DNA from: Rhodanobacteraceae bacterium
GTDB taxonomy: Bacteria > Pseudomonadota > Gammaproteobacteria > Xanthomonadales > Rhodanobacteraceae
Direction: 5' to 3'
NCBI GenBank assembly: GCA_036279455.1
Contig: DASUJD010000058.1
Coordinates: 3,548 to 67,547 of the forward strand
DNA: 64,000 nt
Positions 1 through 9,602 of this stretch are shown one piece after another. Numbering within the stretch: the stretch's first letter is position 1; each line of letters opens with the position of its first letter. Made by a program: the position numbers and the translations under genes. The notes below the pieces were generated by a model, which was not told the DNA's origin, ran no database searches, and saw only the letters and a program-made list of their open reading frames with translations.

Positions 1-412
1 CGAGGCGGTCGCCGTCAGTGAACGTGAGGCCGCCGCAGCGGAAGAATACGCCGATACGCTGGTGACGTATGGCCTGGAACTCGGGCGCAGTGGTCCGCGT
101 CAGGTCACGGTACGCAGGATTCCCGCCCTGCTGGATGGCGCGGACGCGGCGCAACTCGCGCGCGACGTGCTGGCCGAACTGGCCGAGCACGGCAATTCGC
201 GGCGGCTGGAAACATTGCAGAACGAGTTGCTTTCAACTTTGGCCTGCCATGGATCGGTGCGCGCGCATCGACGGCTGACTGTTGCGGAAATGAACGCGCT
301 GCTGCGCGAGATGGAAGCCACCGACCGGTCCGGCCAATGCAACCATGGACGACCGACATGGACACAATTGCCGATCGCGGAATTGGACAAGCTGTTTCTG
401 CGAGGGAGATAG
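1..412 (+). CDS. mutL: DNA mismatch repair protein MutL, C-terminal fragment (5' end lies outside the window)
   Basis: Frame is open from the window edge to TAG at 410-412. Translation ...[44 protein letters not shown]... is the conserved MutL C-terminal region. Confidence 0.85.
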   Translation, partial: EAVAVSEREAAAAEEYADTLVTYGLELGRSGPRQVTVRRIPALLDGADAAQLARDVLAELAEHGNSRRLETLQNELLSTLACHGSVRAHRRLTVAEMNALLREMEATDRSGQCNHGRPTWTQLPIAELDKLFLRGR

Positions 413-414
413 CA

Positions 415-1263
415 ATGCCGGCATTGGATACGGGTCACGACTATCTGAAGGAAATCGAGGCATGGCACGCCGCGCGCATCGAATGCCTGACCGCGCCGGA
501 TGGCTGGCTGAGCCTGGTCGGCCTGGAATGGCTGAAGCCGGGCATGAACCGCATCGGCAGCGGTGCGGACAACGACATCGTGTTGCCGAAGGCACCGCCG
601 CATCTTGGAACGATTGACTGGTCCGACGACGGCACGTTGTCGATGACGTTCGATCCAGCCAGTGACGCGACCGTCGACGGCAAGTCCGCCGCGCACGCCC
701 TGCTTCTGGATGACAGCCATTCCGCGCCTGGCGTCGTCGCATTCGGCAGCGCGAATTTCATCGTGATTGACCGCGATGGGCGCAAGGCCCTGCGGGTGCG
801 CGACAGCGAAGCTGCAACGCGCACGGGCTTCGCGGGCATCGAGCGTTTTGTGGTCGATCCCCACTGGCGAATCGTCGCGGACTGGCAGCCTCTCGACCCA
901 CCGTTCCAGCTTGCAACCGGCACGGTGATCGGCACCATTGAAAACCATCCCGCGCCCGGCAAGGCGGTATTCGAGCGTGACGGGAGGCGGTTCGAACTGT
1001 ATCCGGTTCTGGAAATGCCGGGCGACAGGCAATTGTTCCTGGTCTTTGCCGATTTGACCTCGGGCAAGGAAACCTACGGTGCGGCGCGTTTTCTGTACGC
1101 CGACATGCCGCTGGAAGACAGGATCGTGCTGGATTTCAACAAAGCCTACAATCCGCCCTGCGCCTTCACACCCTATGCGACCTGTCCGCTTGCGCCACCG
1201 GAAAACCGGCTGGGTCTGCGGGTGACGGCGGGCGAGCTGAAGTACAGGAAACCCATCCGGTAA
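415..1263 (+). CDS. DUF1684 domain-containing protein
   Basis: ATG at 415 lies inside ORF 337-1263. The C-terminal ...DFNKAYNPPCAFTPYATCPLAPPENRL... is the DUF1684 signature. Confidence 0.75.
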   Translation: MPALDTGHDYLKEIEAWHAARIECLTAPDGWLSLVGLEWLKPGMNRIGSGADNDIVLPKAPPHLGTIDWSDDGTLSMTFDPASDATVDGKSAAHALLLDDSHSAPGVVAFGSANFIVIDRDGRKALRVRDSEAATRTGFAGIERFVVDPHWRIVADWQPLDPPFQLATGTVIGTIENHPAPGKAVFERDGRRFELYPVLEMPGDRQLFLVFADLTSGKETYGAARFLYADMPLEDRIVLDFNKAYNPPCAFTPYATCPLAPPENRLGLRVTAGELKYRKPIR

Positions 1264-1361
1264 ATCGGGAACCTTTCAATGCTTCGATGCTCAAAGTTCG
1301 GGACGTCGGATATACAACTGGAATCACTTCAGCGCAGAACCGGCAATGATATGGAATCGGC

Positions 1362-2090
1362 ATGAACAGGGTCGTCATCGTGATGGTGCTGATCGCGGGA
1401 GTCCTCTGGCCGCTCGATCGAGTGTTCGCGCAACCGCCGAAATCCTCGGCGACTCCAGCGACAAACAGCACGGAGCTTTCCTACGCGCTCGGGTATGAGG
1501 CCGGACTGGATCTTGGGCATCGCAAGCTCAACATCGACATCTCGACAGTGCTGCGTGGCGTGCAGGATGGCTACTCGCGGAAAAAACCCGAATACTCGCC
1601 ACAGGAGATGCAGCAGGTCATACAGGCGATGCAACACGAGATGATCGCCCAGGCGCGCGCGGCCTACGAAAGACTGGCTGCCGCAAATCTGAATAAGGCG
1701 AGTGCGTTTTTTGCAGAGAATGGAAAGAAGCGCGGCGTGGTGACGCTGCCTTCGGGCGTGCAGTACAAGGTGATCAAGGATGGCGACGGCGACAAGAGTC
1801 CCACCGCCGAAAGCGAGGTCATCTTGCAATACCGTGGCGAATTTCTGGACGGCACGGTGTTCAACAACACCGAAGACCGTGGCAAGCCGGTTGTGTTCCC
1901 GGTCAAGCAGATGATCCCAGGGTGGCGCCAGATCATCACCCGCATGCACGTCGGCGACCACTGGCAGGTGTTCGTCCCACCTGATCAAGCCTACGGCGTG
2001 CGCGGCGATTTGCCGCGCATCGGGCCCAACGAGGCGCTGATTTTCGACATACGTCTTTTGGGCGTCAAAACGCAGGATCCTCCTGAATGA
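1362..2090 (+). CDS. FKBP-type peptidyl-prolyl cis-trans isomerase (FkpA/Mip-like, secreted)
   Basis: 242 aa with an N-terminal signal-like segment. FKBP domain ...VILQYRGEFLDGTVFNNT...IPGWRQII..MHVGDHWQVFVPPDQAYG.... Confidence 0.85.
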   Translation: MNRVVIVMVLIAGVLWPLDRVFAQPPKSSATPATNSTELSYALGYEAGLDLGHRKLNIDISTVLRGVQDGYSRKKPEYSPQEMQQVIQAMQHEMIAQARAAYERLAAANLNKASAFFAENGKKRGVVTLPSGVQYKVIKDGDGDKSPTAESEVILQYRGEFLDGTVFNNTEDRGKPVVFPVKQMIPGWRQIITRMHVGDHWQVFVPPDQAYGVRGDLPRIGPNEALIFDIRLLGVKTQDPPE

Positions 2091-2216
2091 CTGCTGCGTT
2101 CGACCTGGGCAATGCCCGCGAACGCGCTGCCTTCCCCGTGCAGGTACCGGACATCGTGAAGCAGCTGAAACTCACCCGGACCATGGACCTGACGGGCCCC
2201 AAGCCAGGCTCGGCGC

Positions 2217-2417
2217 ATGTCGACCGAACCAACCACCGGTGATGACGCGGTGCCCGTCAGTCCGTGCATCGGCTTGTGCCGGATGGACGCCACCGGGTTG
2301 TGCAATGGTTGCCGACGCACGCTGGCGGAAATTGCCCACTGGCACGCGATGAGCAATGACGAGCGTCGGCGCTGGATACGCGAGGTGCAACCCTTGCGGC
2401 CGCCGCCACTGCCATGA
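2217..2417 (+). CDS. DUF1289 domain-containing small Cys-rich protein
   Basis: 66 aa with motif CIGLCRMDATGLCNGCRRTLAEIAHW. The stop overlaps the next start (ATGA). Confidence 0.7.
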   Translation: MSTEPTTGDDAVPVSPCIGLCRMDATGLCNGCRRTLAEIAHWHAMSNDERRRWIREVQPLRPPPLP

Positions 2418-3025
2418 CGGATTGGTTGGGAAATGTGAAGCGTGCGCTGCATCCACTGGATACGCCGCCCGAACCGCCCGGCTGGAATCACGATTTTCTC
2501 GCCGAGCTGCCCGGCGCCGCGCCACGCACCGGGGCGGCGGCGGCAGTACTCGTGCCGATTCGCGACACGCCGGAACCGCGCGTGGTGTTCACGCTGCGAC
2601 GCGACGACCTGGTGCGCCACGCGGGTCAGGTGAGCTTTCCCGGTGGACGCACGGACGCCAATGACTCGAATGCCGTCGAGACGGCGCTGCGCGAAAGCCG
2701 CGAAGAAATCGCGCTGGATCCTGCGGACGCCGAACCTCTGGGTTATCTTGATTGCCTGGAAACCGTCAGCGGGTTCTGCGTGAGGCCAGTGGTCGCACGC
2801 TTGTCGGCCGGGTCGATGTTGACGCCGGAACCCGGCGAAGTGGCGAAGATATTCGAAGTACCGCTTCCGTTTCTGCTCGATCCGGGGAACCTGCGGCAAT
2901 TCGACTACCATTCGCGCGGCGAACGTCGGCAGGTGTATGAATATGGAGGCGTCGAACCGCGCATCTGGGGCGCGACGGCTGCAATGCTGGTGAACCTGAT
3001 GCGACGGATGGAGTTGTTGCCATGA
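2414..3025 (+). CDS. NUDIX hydrolase, CoA pyrophosphatase family
   Basis: 203 aa with Nudix box GQVSFPGGRTDANDSNAVETALRESREEIAL. Confidence 0.8.
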   Translation: MTDWLGNVKRALHPLDTPPEPPGWNHDFLAELPGAAPRTGAAAAVLVPIRDTPEPRVVFTLRRDDLVRHAGQVSFPGGRTDANDSNAVETALRESREEIALDPADAEPLGYLDCLETVSGFCVRPVVARLSAGSMLTPEPGEVAKIFEVPLPFLLDPGNLRQFDYHSRGERRQVYEYGGVEPRIWGATAAMLVNLMRRMELLP

Positions 3026-3094
3026 AGACTCCAAAAAGCTGCTGCGCTACTCGCCACATCCCTGTGGCTCGCCCAGCGAGCCGCGTTCGGCATT

Positions 3095-3118
3095 CAAATC
3101 GGCAATCCTGCCGATTTG
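3095..3118. repeat. Perfect 10-bp hairpin CAAATCGGCA-ATCC-TGCCGATTTG, part of a ~90-bp repeat also present at 43757-43850
   Basis: Read directly from the sequence. Near-identical hairpin and flanks recur between nuoA and nuoB. Confidence 0.7.
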
Positions 3119-3172
3119 GTCGGCGTCACGCAATCTGCCACGGCTCGCGACGCTTTCGGGAGCTTTCAAATC

Positions 3173-4018
3173 ATGGCTGACGTACTGATCGATGCAAAAA
3201 CACTGGCCGCGCTGCCGCGGGAATCGGTGCTGGTCGCGGATTGCCGGTTTGCGCTAGCCGATCCCGGCAAGGGCGAGCGCGATTTTCGCGAAGCACACAT
3301 CCCGGGCGCGGTGTACGCCAGCCTTGATCGGGATCTTTCCGATTCGTCGAAAAAAGGATTGGGGCGGCATCCCTTGCCTGACGTGCAAGTGCTTGCACGA
3401 ACCCTGGCGCACTGGGGCTGGCATGAAGGCCAGCGCGTGATCGCCTACGACGATGCAGGCGGCGCGCTGGCCGCAGCACGCTTGTGGTGGATGCTGGATT
3501 GCGTCGGGATTGCCGCAAGCGTGCTGGATGGCGGCTGGCAGGCGTGGACGGCAGCCGGGTTGCCCGTCGAGCGCGGTGCGGTCACCCCGCGTGATGCCAC
3601 GCCGGCAGGGCTGCACCTTGATGCCGCACGCATCGTGTATTTCGATGAGCTGGAAAAGTTGCGCGGACAGCCATCCGCGCTGATGCTGGATGCGCGCGCG
3701 GCACCACGTTTCCGTGGCGAAGTCGAACCCATCGACCGCATCGCCGGCCACGTCCCTGGCGCGCGCAACAGGCCGTTCTCGCAGAACCTTGCGGGTGACG
3801 GACGCTTCAAGCCCGCGCAAGCATTGCGCGATGAATTCTCCAAGGTACTCGGCGCGCACGACCCAAGGCACGTCGTCCACATGTGCGGGTCAGGCGTCAC
3901 TGCCTGTCACAACCTGTTGGCGATGGAGGCAGCGGGTCTGCACGGGTCGCGCCTGTTCGCGCCGTCGTGGAGCGGGTGGGTCAGTGATCCGTCACGCCCG
4001 ATCGCGACCGGCGATTAG
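3173..4018 (+). CDS. Rhodanese-family sulfurtransferase (thiosulfate/3-mercaptopyruvate type)
   Basis: ATG at 3173 inside ORF 3116-4018. Two rhodanese-like halves, active-site loop MCGSGVTACH. Confidence 0.8.
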   Translation: MADVLIDAKTLAALPRESVLVADCRFALADPGKGERDFREAHIPGAVYASLDRDLSDSSKKGLGRHPLPDVQVLARTLAHWGWHEGQRVIAYDDAGGALAAARLWWMLDCVGIAASVLDGGWQAWTAAGLPVERGAVTPRDATPAGLHLDAARIVYFDELEKLRGQPSALMLDARAAPRFRGEVEPIDRIAGHVPGARNRPFSQNLAGDGRFKPAQALRDEFSKVLGAHDPRHVVHMCGSGVTACHNLLAMEAAGLHGSRLFAPSWSGWVSDPSRPIATGD

Positions 4019-4500
4019 AAATCCACGCCACCCAGCAGCATCGTCTCGCCAAGGTTTTTGCCGCCGCCAAGGATGTGGCCGTTGGAGACGTGCCGCAGCA
4101 TCACCACGAAATGACCGTCCTGCCAGCCGGCGCTTGTCATGAATTCGAACCGGCTGGACAGCGCGTCGGTGCGGGCGCTGGTGACGGCCAGTTGCTCGCC
4201 CACGAACCAGTGGCGGTTGGCCGCGACGATGCGCACGCCGCCAGCGGCAAGGAAAACCGGGTGATGCAGATCGTCCACACGGGTGCGGCGTGAATCCACC
4301 CAGCCGATGGTACCGATGGGATCGAAATGAGCGTGGCCGTCGGGGGGACTGTCGCGAAACGCGCTGATGAACGCCGCGCCGGTGGTTCGTCCCGACGACG
4401 TCATGCTGGGACCGACGGTGAAATCGAGGCCCGTGGCCAGCGCCGGCGCACATGCCGTGAGGCAAACTGCCACAATCAACCCGGAACCGATGCCTTTCAT
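4015..4500 (-). CDS. Acyloxyacyl hydrolase / PagL-like lipid A deacylase (lipoprotein-like signal)
   Basis: Start at MKGIGSGLIVAVCLTAC. C-terminal H-V-S-N-G...E motif resembles the PagL His/Ser/Glu site. Its stop overlaps the convergent sulfurtransferase stop. Confidence 0.6.
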   Translation of the reverse strand: MKGIGSGLIVAVCLTACAPALATGLDFTVGPSMTSSGRTTGAAFISAFRDSPPDGHAHFDPIGTIGWVDSRRTRVDDLHHPVFLAAGGVRIVAANRHWFVGEQLAVTSARTDALSSRFEFMTSAGWQDGHFVVMLRHVSNGHILGGGKNLGETMLLGGVDF

Positions 4501-4626
4501 GCGGTGCTCCTTGTTGCATTCGAATTGTGGATGCAAGAGGGTGCCATCCACCACGAACAAAGCCGTTCTGCTTGCCGAGATTATAATTGCCTTGACAATT
4601 AAAGCCAAGACAGTATCATCCTCGGC

Positions 4627-5100
4627 ATGAAGCGTTCAGAAACCACCCCGGACAGTTCGTTCCAGTTGTGCCGCCTGGTCGGCCGGCTGCGGGCGGAATT
4701 CGTGAGCGCCGTCGAGCACGAGATGGGGCGCCAGGGCGTCGAACTCAATTTCACCCAATTCCTCGCGCTCAAGCTGCTGGGGCATGAGGAACCGATGACG
4801 CCGGTGGAATTGGCGCGTGCGCTGCACTACAACCCCGGTGCATTGACGCGGTTGCTGGACAAGCTGGAACAACGCGGCTACCTGAAGCGCGTCCCGGATC
4901 TCGACGACAGGCGTGCCCTGCGGCTCGAACTGACGACGCAGGGCAGGGCATTGCGCAAACGGGTCATCGGTTACTGCGATGCCGTTGCCGGCCGCACCTT
5001 CGCTTGCACCAGCTCGCGTGAACGCGAGCAGCTGCAACGTGTATTGACCCGGGTGCTGGACGGCATCCGTGAGGCGCGCAAACGACACGAATCGGATTGA
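4627..5100 (+). CDS. MarR family transcriptional regulator
   Basis: 157 aa. Winged-helix region ...MTPVELARALHYNPGALTRLLDKLEQRGYLKRVPDLDDRRA.... Sits directly upstream of the efflux genes. Confidence 0.85.
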   Translation: MKRSETTPDSSFQLCRLVGRLRAEFVSAVEHEMGRQGVELNFTQFLALKLLGHEEPMTPVELARALHYNPGALTRLLDKLEQRGYLKRVPDLDDRRALRLELTTQGRALRKRVIGYCDAVAGRTFACTSSREREQLQRVLTRVLDGIREARKRHESD

Positions 5101-5148
5101 ATCCGTTTCCACCGACCCCATACTTCCTTTTTTCACTTGCCTGCTGTC

Positions 5149-6630
5149 ATGACCCTTCCGGTTTCCAGACACCGTCTCGGCATCGTTTTTGCGCTGACCA
5201 CCGCGGCTCTCGCTGGCTGCGCAAGCACCGGCGGGCTGCATTCGACCGCCACGCCGATCGTGCCGGACAGCCTGCACGCCGCGCGCAGCCTCGCCGGAGT
5301 GCAACTGGATGCATCGGCGTGGCCGCAAGCCGATTGGTGGAAGCAGATTGGCGATGCGCAACTCGACAAGTTGGTTGATGAGGCGCTGGCCGACAATCCC
5401 GACATGACGCTGGTGGACGCGCGGGTTCGCGAGGCCATGTCGGCGGCCAATGTGGCGGACGCCAGGCGCAAGCCGACCCTGAATGGCGGCGCAAGCATGG
5501 CCGGTGCGCGTGTGCCACCGATCCTGCCACCGCTCGCGAGCGGCCATTTCGGCGTCATCAGCTACGGTTATCTGAGCTTCAAATGGGATATCGACTTGTG
5601 GGGCGGCAAGCGCGCAGCGTGGCAGGCCGCTGTCGGCAAGGCGCGCGCGACGGAAGTCGATGCCCAAGCCGCGCGGCTGAAACTTTCGGCCGATGTGGTG
5701 CAGGCCTATTTCGATCTGGCCGGTGCGTACGCGCAACAAAAATTCGCGCGGGCGGAACTGCAGCGTGCGCAGGATTTCCTGAATCTGACGAAAAAGCGCG
5801 TCGCCAAGGGTATCGACAGCCGCTTCACGCTGGCACGGATCGATGGCGAAACCGCCACCGCGCGCGCGCATGTGGAGGCCGCCGACAATGCAGTCCGCAG
5901 CGGCGGCCTGACGCTTGCGGCCTTGCTGGGCAAGGGCCCGGATCGCGCGCTCTCGATCCAGCCGCCCAAATTGCCCGCGATTCCTTCCTTGGTATTGCCG
6001 AGTGACTTGCCGGCCAATCTGCTGGGACGCCGCCCCGACGTGGTTGCTGCGCGCTGGCGCGTGGAAGCGGCGAGCCGGGATATCAAGGTGGCGAAAGCGA
6101 AGTTCATGCCCAACCTCGGCATCAGTTCGCTGGCGGGTTTGCTCGCGCCGTCGGGCGTGAACCTGTTTTCCCTGCAGAACCGTTTTTACACCGTATCCCC
6201 GGCAATCAGCTTGCCGCTGTTCGAGGGAGGCGCCTTGCGCGCCAATCTCGCCGGCAAGGATGCAGCACGCGATGTCGCGGTTGCGCAATACAACCAGATC
6301 CTCGTGCACGCGATCAACCAGGTCGCGGCCCAGACGGATGATCTGCGTTCGCTCGCTGCCGAGGTGCGCGACGCGCGCACCGCGCGCAGCAGTGCGGCGG
6401 ATGCGTACAGGCTGGCGATGCAACGCTATCGTGCCGGCGTCGGCAACTACCTCGAAGCGCTCAGCGTGCGCCAGGAACTGATCACCGCCGAACAGCAACT
6501 GGCCAGGCTGGAAACCAGCCGCAGCGTGGCGTGGGCCACGCTCAATGAAGCCCTTGGCGGCGGCTTCCAACCCGCGAACGATGCACCGTCGCTCGTCAAC
6601 ACCAAAACCCAATCCAAGGCACGTCGATGA
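5149..6630 (+). CDS. Efflux transporter outer-membrane factor lipoprotein (NodT family)
   Basis: ATG at 5149 (ORF track starts at TTG 5137). Lipobox LAGCAS. Typical OMF repeats along the length. Confidence 0.85.
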   Translation: MTLPVSRHRLGIVFALTTAALAGCASTGGLHSTATPIVPDSLHAARSLAGVQLDASAWPQADWWKQIGDAQLDKLVDEALADNPDMTLVDARVREAMSAANVADARRKPTLNGGASMAGARVPPILPPLASGHFGVISYGYLSFKWDIDLWGGKRAAWQAAVGKARATEVDAQAARLKLSADVVQAYFDLAGAYAQQKFARAELQRAQDFLNLTKKRVAKGIDSRFTLARIDGETATARAHVEAADNAVRSGGLTLAALLGKGPDRALSIQPPKLPAIPSLVLPSDLPANLLGRRPDVVAARWRVEAASRDIKVAKAKFMPNLGISSLAGLLAPSGVNLFSLQNRFYTVSPAISLPLFEGGALRANLAGKDAARDVAVAQYNQILVHAINQVAAQTDDLRSLAAEVRDARTARSSAADAYRLAMQRYRAGVGNYLEALSVRQELITAEQQLARLETSRSVAWATLNEALGGGFQPANDAPSLVNTKTQSKARR

Positions 6631-7862
6631 CTTCTCCCATCAACCCCAATCCCGCCACCGAAGACGATCCGGCCGCGCGCCTGAAGGCGCAACGCTTGCG
6701 CAAGCGTCGCTGGTTGCTGCGTGGTTTGATCGGCGTGATCGTGATCGTCGCGATCGTGTGGGGGTTGTATTACTTCCTCGTCGCGCGTTGGTACGAAAAT
6801 ACCGATGATGCGTATGTCGGGGGCAACGTGGTGCAGATTACGCCGCAGATACCGGGCACGGTCGTCAGCATCGGCGCCGACGACAATGACTACGTGCACA
6901 AGGGTCAAACGCTGGTGAAACTGGATGGTTCCAATGCCGACGTGGCGTTGGCCGAAGCCGAGGCCAAACTGGCGCAGACGGTGCGCAAGGTGCGCGGTTT
7001 GTATTCGAGCGTGCACAGTTCCAGGGCTGATGTTGCCGTGCGCGAGGCGGCGGTCGAACAAGCCCGCGCCGACTACCGGCGCCGCAAGGGGCTGGCCGAT
7101 TCCGGCGCGGTTTCCACCGAGGAAGTGGCGCACGCGCGCGATGCGTTGACCACCGCCGAAAGCGCGTTGGCCGCGGCCAACGCGCAACTGGCCACCACCA
7201 CAGCCATGGTTTCCGACACCAGGATTACCTCGCACCCGGACGTGAAAGCCGCGGCGGCGGCGGTGCGCGCGGCATGGCTGGACGACCAGCGCACCACGCT
7301 GGTGGCGCCGGTGTCGGGTTATGTCGCCAAGCGCACCGTGCAGGTCGGCCAGCGCGTGCAACCGGGCATGCCGTTGATGGCGGTGGTGCCACTCGACCAG
7401 GTGTGGGTGGATGCCAACTTCAAGGAAACCCAACTGACGGACATGCGCATCGGCCAGCCGGTAACGCTGACTTCGGACGTGTACGGCGGTTCGGTGACTT
7501 ACCACGGGCACGTCGAGGGGCTGGGCATCGGCACCGGCAGCGCGTTCTCGCTGTTGCCGGCCCAGAATGCGTCCGGCAACTGGATCAAGATCGTGCAGCG
7601 CCTGCCGGTGCGCATCTCGCTCGATCCGAAAGAGCTCGAGAAACATCCGCTGCGGATCGGGCTGTCGATGGCCGTCGACGTCAACATGCACAACCAGAAA
7701 GGCCGGATGCTTTCGCAGCAGTCGCCGCAACGCGCCGTGTTCAGCACCGACGTCTATTCGCGCAACGAAAACCAGGTCGACGCGCTGATTGCAAAGATCA
7801 TCCAGGCCAACAGCGGCGGCGTTTCCGTCGCAGCATCCGGATCGGAGTCCGCCGGGCATTGA
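6627..7862 (+). CDS. emrA: HlyD/EmrA-family periplasmic adaptor of an MFS efflux pump
   Basis: 411 aa, ATGA overlap with the OMF gene. N-terminal TM segment, then coiled-coil and barrel-sandwich regions typical of EmrA. Confidence 0.85.
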   Translation: MTSPINPNPATEDDPAARLKAQRLRKRRWLLRGLIGVIVIVAIVWGLYYFLVARWYENTDDAYVGGNVVQITPQIPGTVVSIGADDNDYVHKGQTLVKLDGSNADVALAEAEAKLAQTVRKVRGLYSSVHSSRADVAVREAAVEQARADYRRRKGLADSGAVSTEEVAHARDALTTAESALAAANAQLATTTAMVSDTRITSHPDVKAAAAAVRAAWLDDQRTTLVAPVSGYVAKRTVQVGQRVQPGMPLMAVVPLDQVWVDANFKETQLTDMRIGQPVTLTSDVYGGSVTYHGHVEGLGIGTGSAFSLLPAQNASGNWIKIVQRLPVRISLDPKELEKHPLRIGLSMAVDVNMHNQKGRMLSQQSPQRAVFSTDVYSRNENQVDALIAKIIQANSGGVSVAASGSESAGH

Positions 7863-8047
7863 CGTGCGGTCGCTGTCTGGTTTTGCGATCGTCCGTGATC
7901 GCGGCCTCGACGAATAATGATGCGCAAGTGAGCTCGATCGGATCATCACAAGCACCAGAACGGCCTTAAAAGCCACCGTCCATGGCCAAGAGCTCCGTGG
8001 CCTGACTTTTCACAACAGCCGCTCCGTCTCGACATTTCAAGGGTTCC

Positions 8048-9595
8048 ATGGCTTCCACTGCTGCCACCGCGACCGGATTTGTCGGAGAATTCCGGCCTCC
8101 CAGTCACGGTCTTACGGTGGTCGGCTTGTCGCTGGCGACGTTCATGCAGGTGCTGGACCTCACCATCGCCAACGTGTCGCTGCCGACCATTGCGGGCAAC
8201 CTCGGCGCCAGTCAGGACCAATCCACCTGGGTGATCACCTCGTTCACGGTCTGCAATGCGATTGCGCTGCCGCTGACCGGGTTCCTCACGCGCCGCTTCG
8301 GCGAGGTCAAGCCGTTCATCGTCGCGACCCTGCTGTTTTCGCTGTTCTCGATGATGTGCGGATTCGCCACCAGCCTCGGCATGCTGGTGGTGTTTCGCGC
8401 GCTGCAGGGCGCGATGGCCGGGCCGATGTACCCGATCACGCAGAGCCTGATGGTGTCGCTGTATCCCGGACACAAGCGCGGTACCGCGCTGGCGATGCTG
8501 GCGATGATCGCGATCTGCGGGCCGATCATCGGGCCCATGCTGGGCGGCTGGATTACCGAGACCTATTCCTGGCACTGGATCTTCTTCATCAACGTACCGG
8601 TCGGCCTGTTCGCGGCCGCGGTGGTTGCGTCGCAGATGCGCGGTCGCCCCGAGCACATCGACAAACCGCGCGTCGACAAGGTCGGGCTGGTTACCTTGAT
8701 CCTCGGCGTCGGCGCGCTGCAGATTCTGCTCGACAAGGGCAACGAGCTCGACTGGTTCCATTCCACCACCATCGTGGTATTGGCGATCGTTGCTGCGATT
8801 TCATTGACGGTATTCCTGATCTGGGAATTCACCGACCATGAACCGATCGTGGACTTTCGCCTGTTCAAGCACCGCAACTTCGCGGCGGGTACGCTGGCGA
8901 TGGTGCTGGCGTACGCGATGTTCTTTTCCACCAGCCTGCTGATCCAGTTGTGGATGCAATCGACGCTCGGCTACACCTCGATCTGGGCCGGTATCGTGTC
9001 GGCGCCGATCGGCGTGTTTCCGTTGTTGCTGAGTTTCATCATCGGCAAATATGCAACGCGCTTCGACCTGCGCTGGTTCGCATCGTTCTCGTTCCTGGTG
9101 ATCGGACTGACCTGCTTCATGCGCGGCGGTTTCAATACCGATGTCGACGTCTACCACGTGGCCATGGTGCAGTTGATCCAGGGCCTCGGTGTCGCCTTCT
9201 TCTTCCTGCCGATCCTCACCATCCTGTTGTCCGACCTGAGTGGACGCGACGTGTCGGCGGGCTCGGGACTCGCAACCTTCCTGCGTTCGCTGGGCGGCAG
9301 CTTCGCCGTCTCCATCGTGACGTACCTGTGGGAACGCGGCAGCGCGATCAATCACGCCAATCTCGCCGAACACGTCAACGATTATTCCTCGCAGGTGCGG
9401 CACAGCATCGCAGCGACCGGCGGCCATGTTCGGCAATACGTCGCCGGCATCAACCACGAAGTTACCCGGCAGGCCGCACAGATTTCCTTCAATCATCTGT
9501 TCGTGGTGCTCGGCTTCATGTTCCTGGGCCTGATCGCCGTGGTGTGGTTTGCCAAGCCGCCGTTCATCAAAAAGAGTGCCCCCGCAGGGCACTGA
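8048..9595 (+). CDS. emrB: DHA2-family MFS drug efflux permease (EmrB/QacA type), copy 1
   Basis: 515 aa, 14-TM-type MFS. Motifs ...LDLTIANVSLPTIAGNLGAS.DQSTWVITSF... and ...GWITETYSWHWIFFINVPVG.... Confidence 0.9.
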   Translation: MASTAATATGFVGEFRPPSHGLTVVGLSLATFMQVLDLTIANVSLPTIAGNLGASQDQSTWVITSFTVCNAIALPLTGFLTRRFGEVKPFIVATLLFSLFSMMCGFATSLGMLVVFRALQGAMAGPMYPITQSLMVSLYPGHKRGTALAMLAMIAICGPIIGPMLGGWITETYSWHWIFFINVPVGLFAAAVVASQMRGRPEHIDKPRVDKVGLVTLILGVGALQILLDKGNELDWFHSTTIVVLAIVAAISLTVFLIWEFTDHEPIVDFRLFKHRNFAAGTLAMVLAYAMFFSTSLLIQLWMQSTLGYTSIWAGIVSAPIGVFPLLLSFIIGKYATRFDLRWFASFSFLVIGLTCFMRGGFNTDVDVYHVAMVQLIQGLGVAFFFLPILTILLSDLSGRDVSAGSGLATFLRSLGGSFAVSIVTYLWERGSAINHANLAEHVNDYSSQVRHSIAATGGHVRQYVAGINHEVTRQAAQISFNHLFVVLGFMFLGLIAVVWFAKPPFIKKSAPAGH

Positions 9596-9602
9596 GGGTT
9601 TC

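Noticed and set aside
4636-6612. 658-aa ORF antisense to the MarR and OMF genes
   Set aside because: It is the typical high-GC antisense open frame, Arg/Ala/Gly-rich with no recognisable domain. The sense strand encodes clear MarR and NodT-family proteins.
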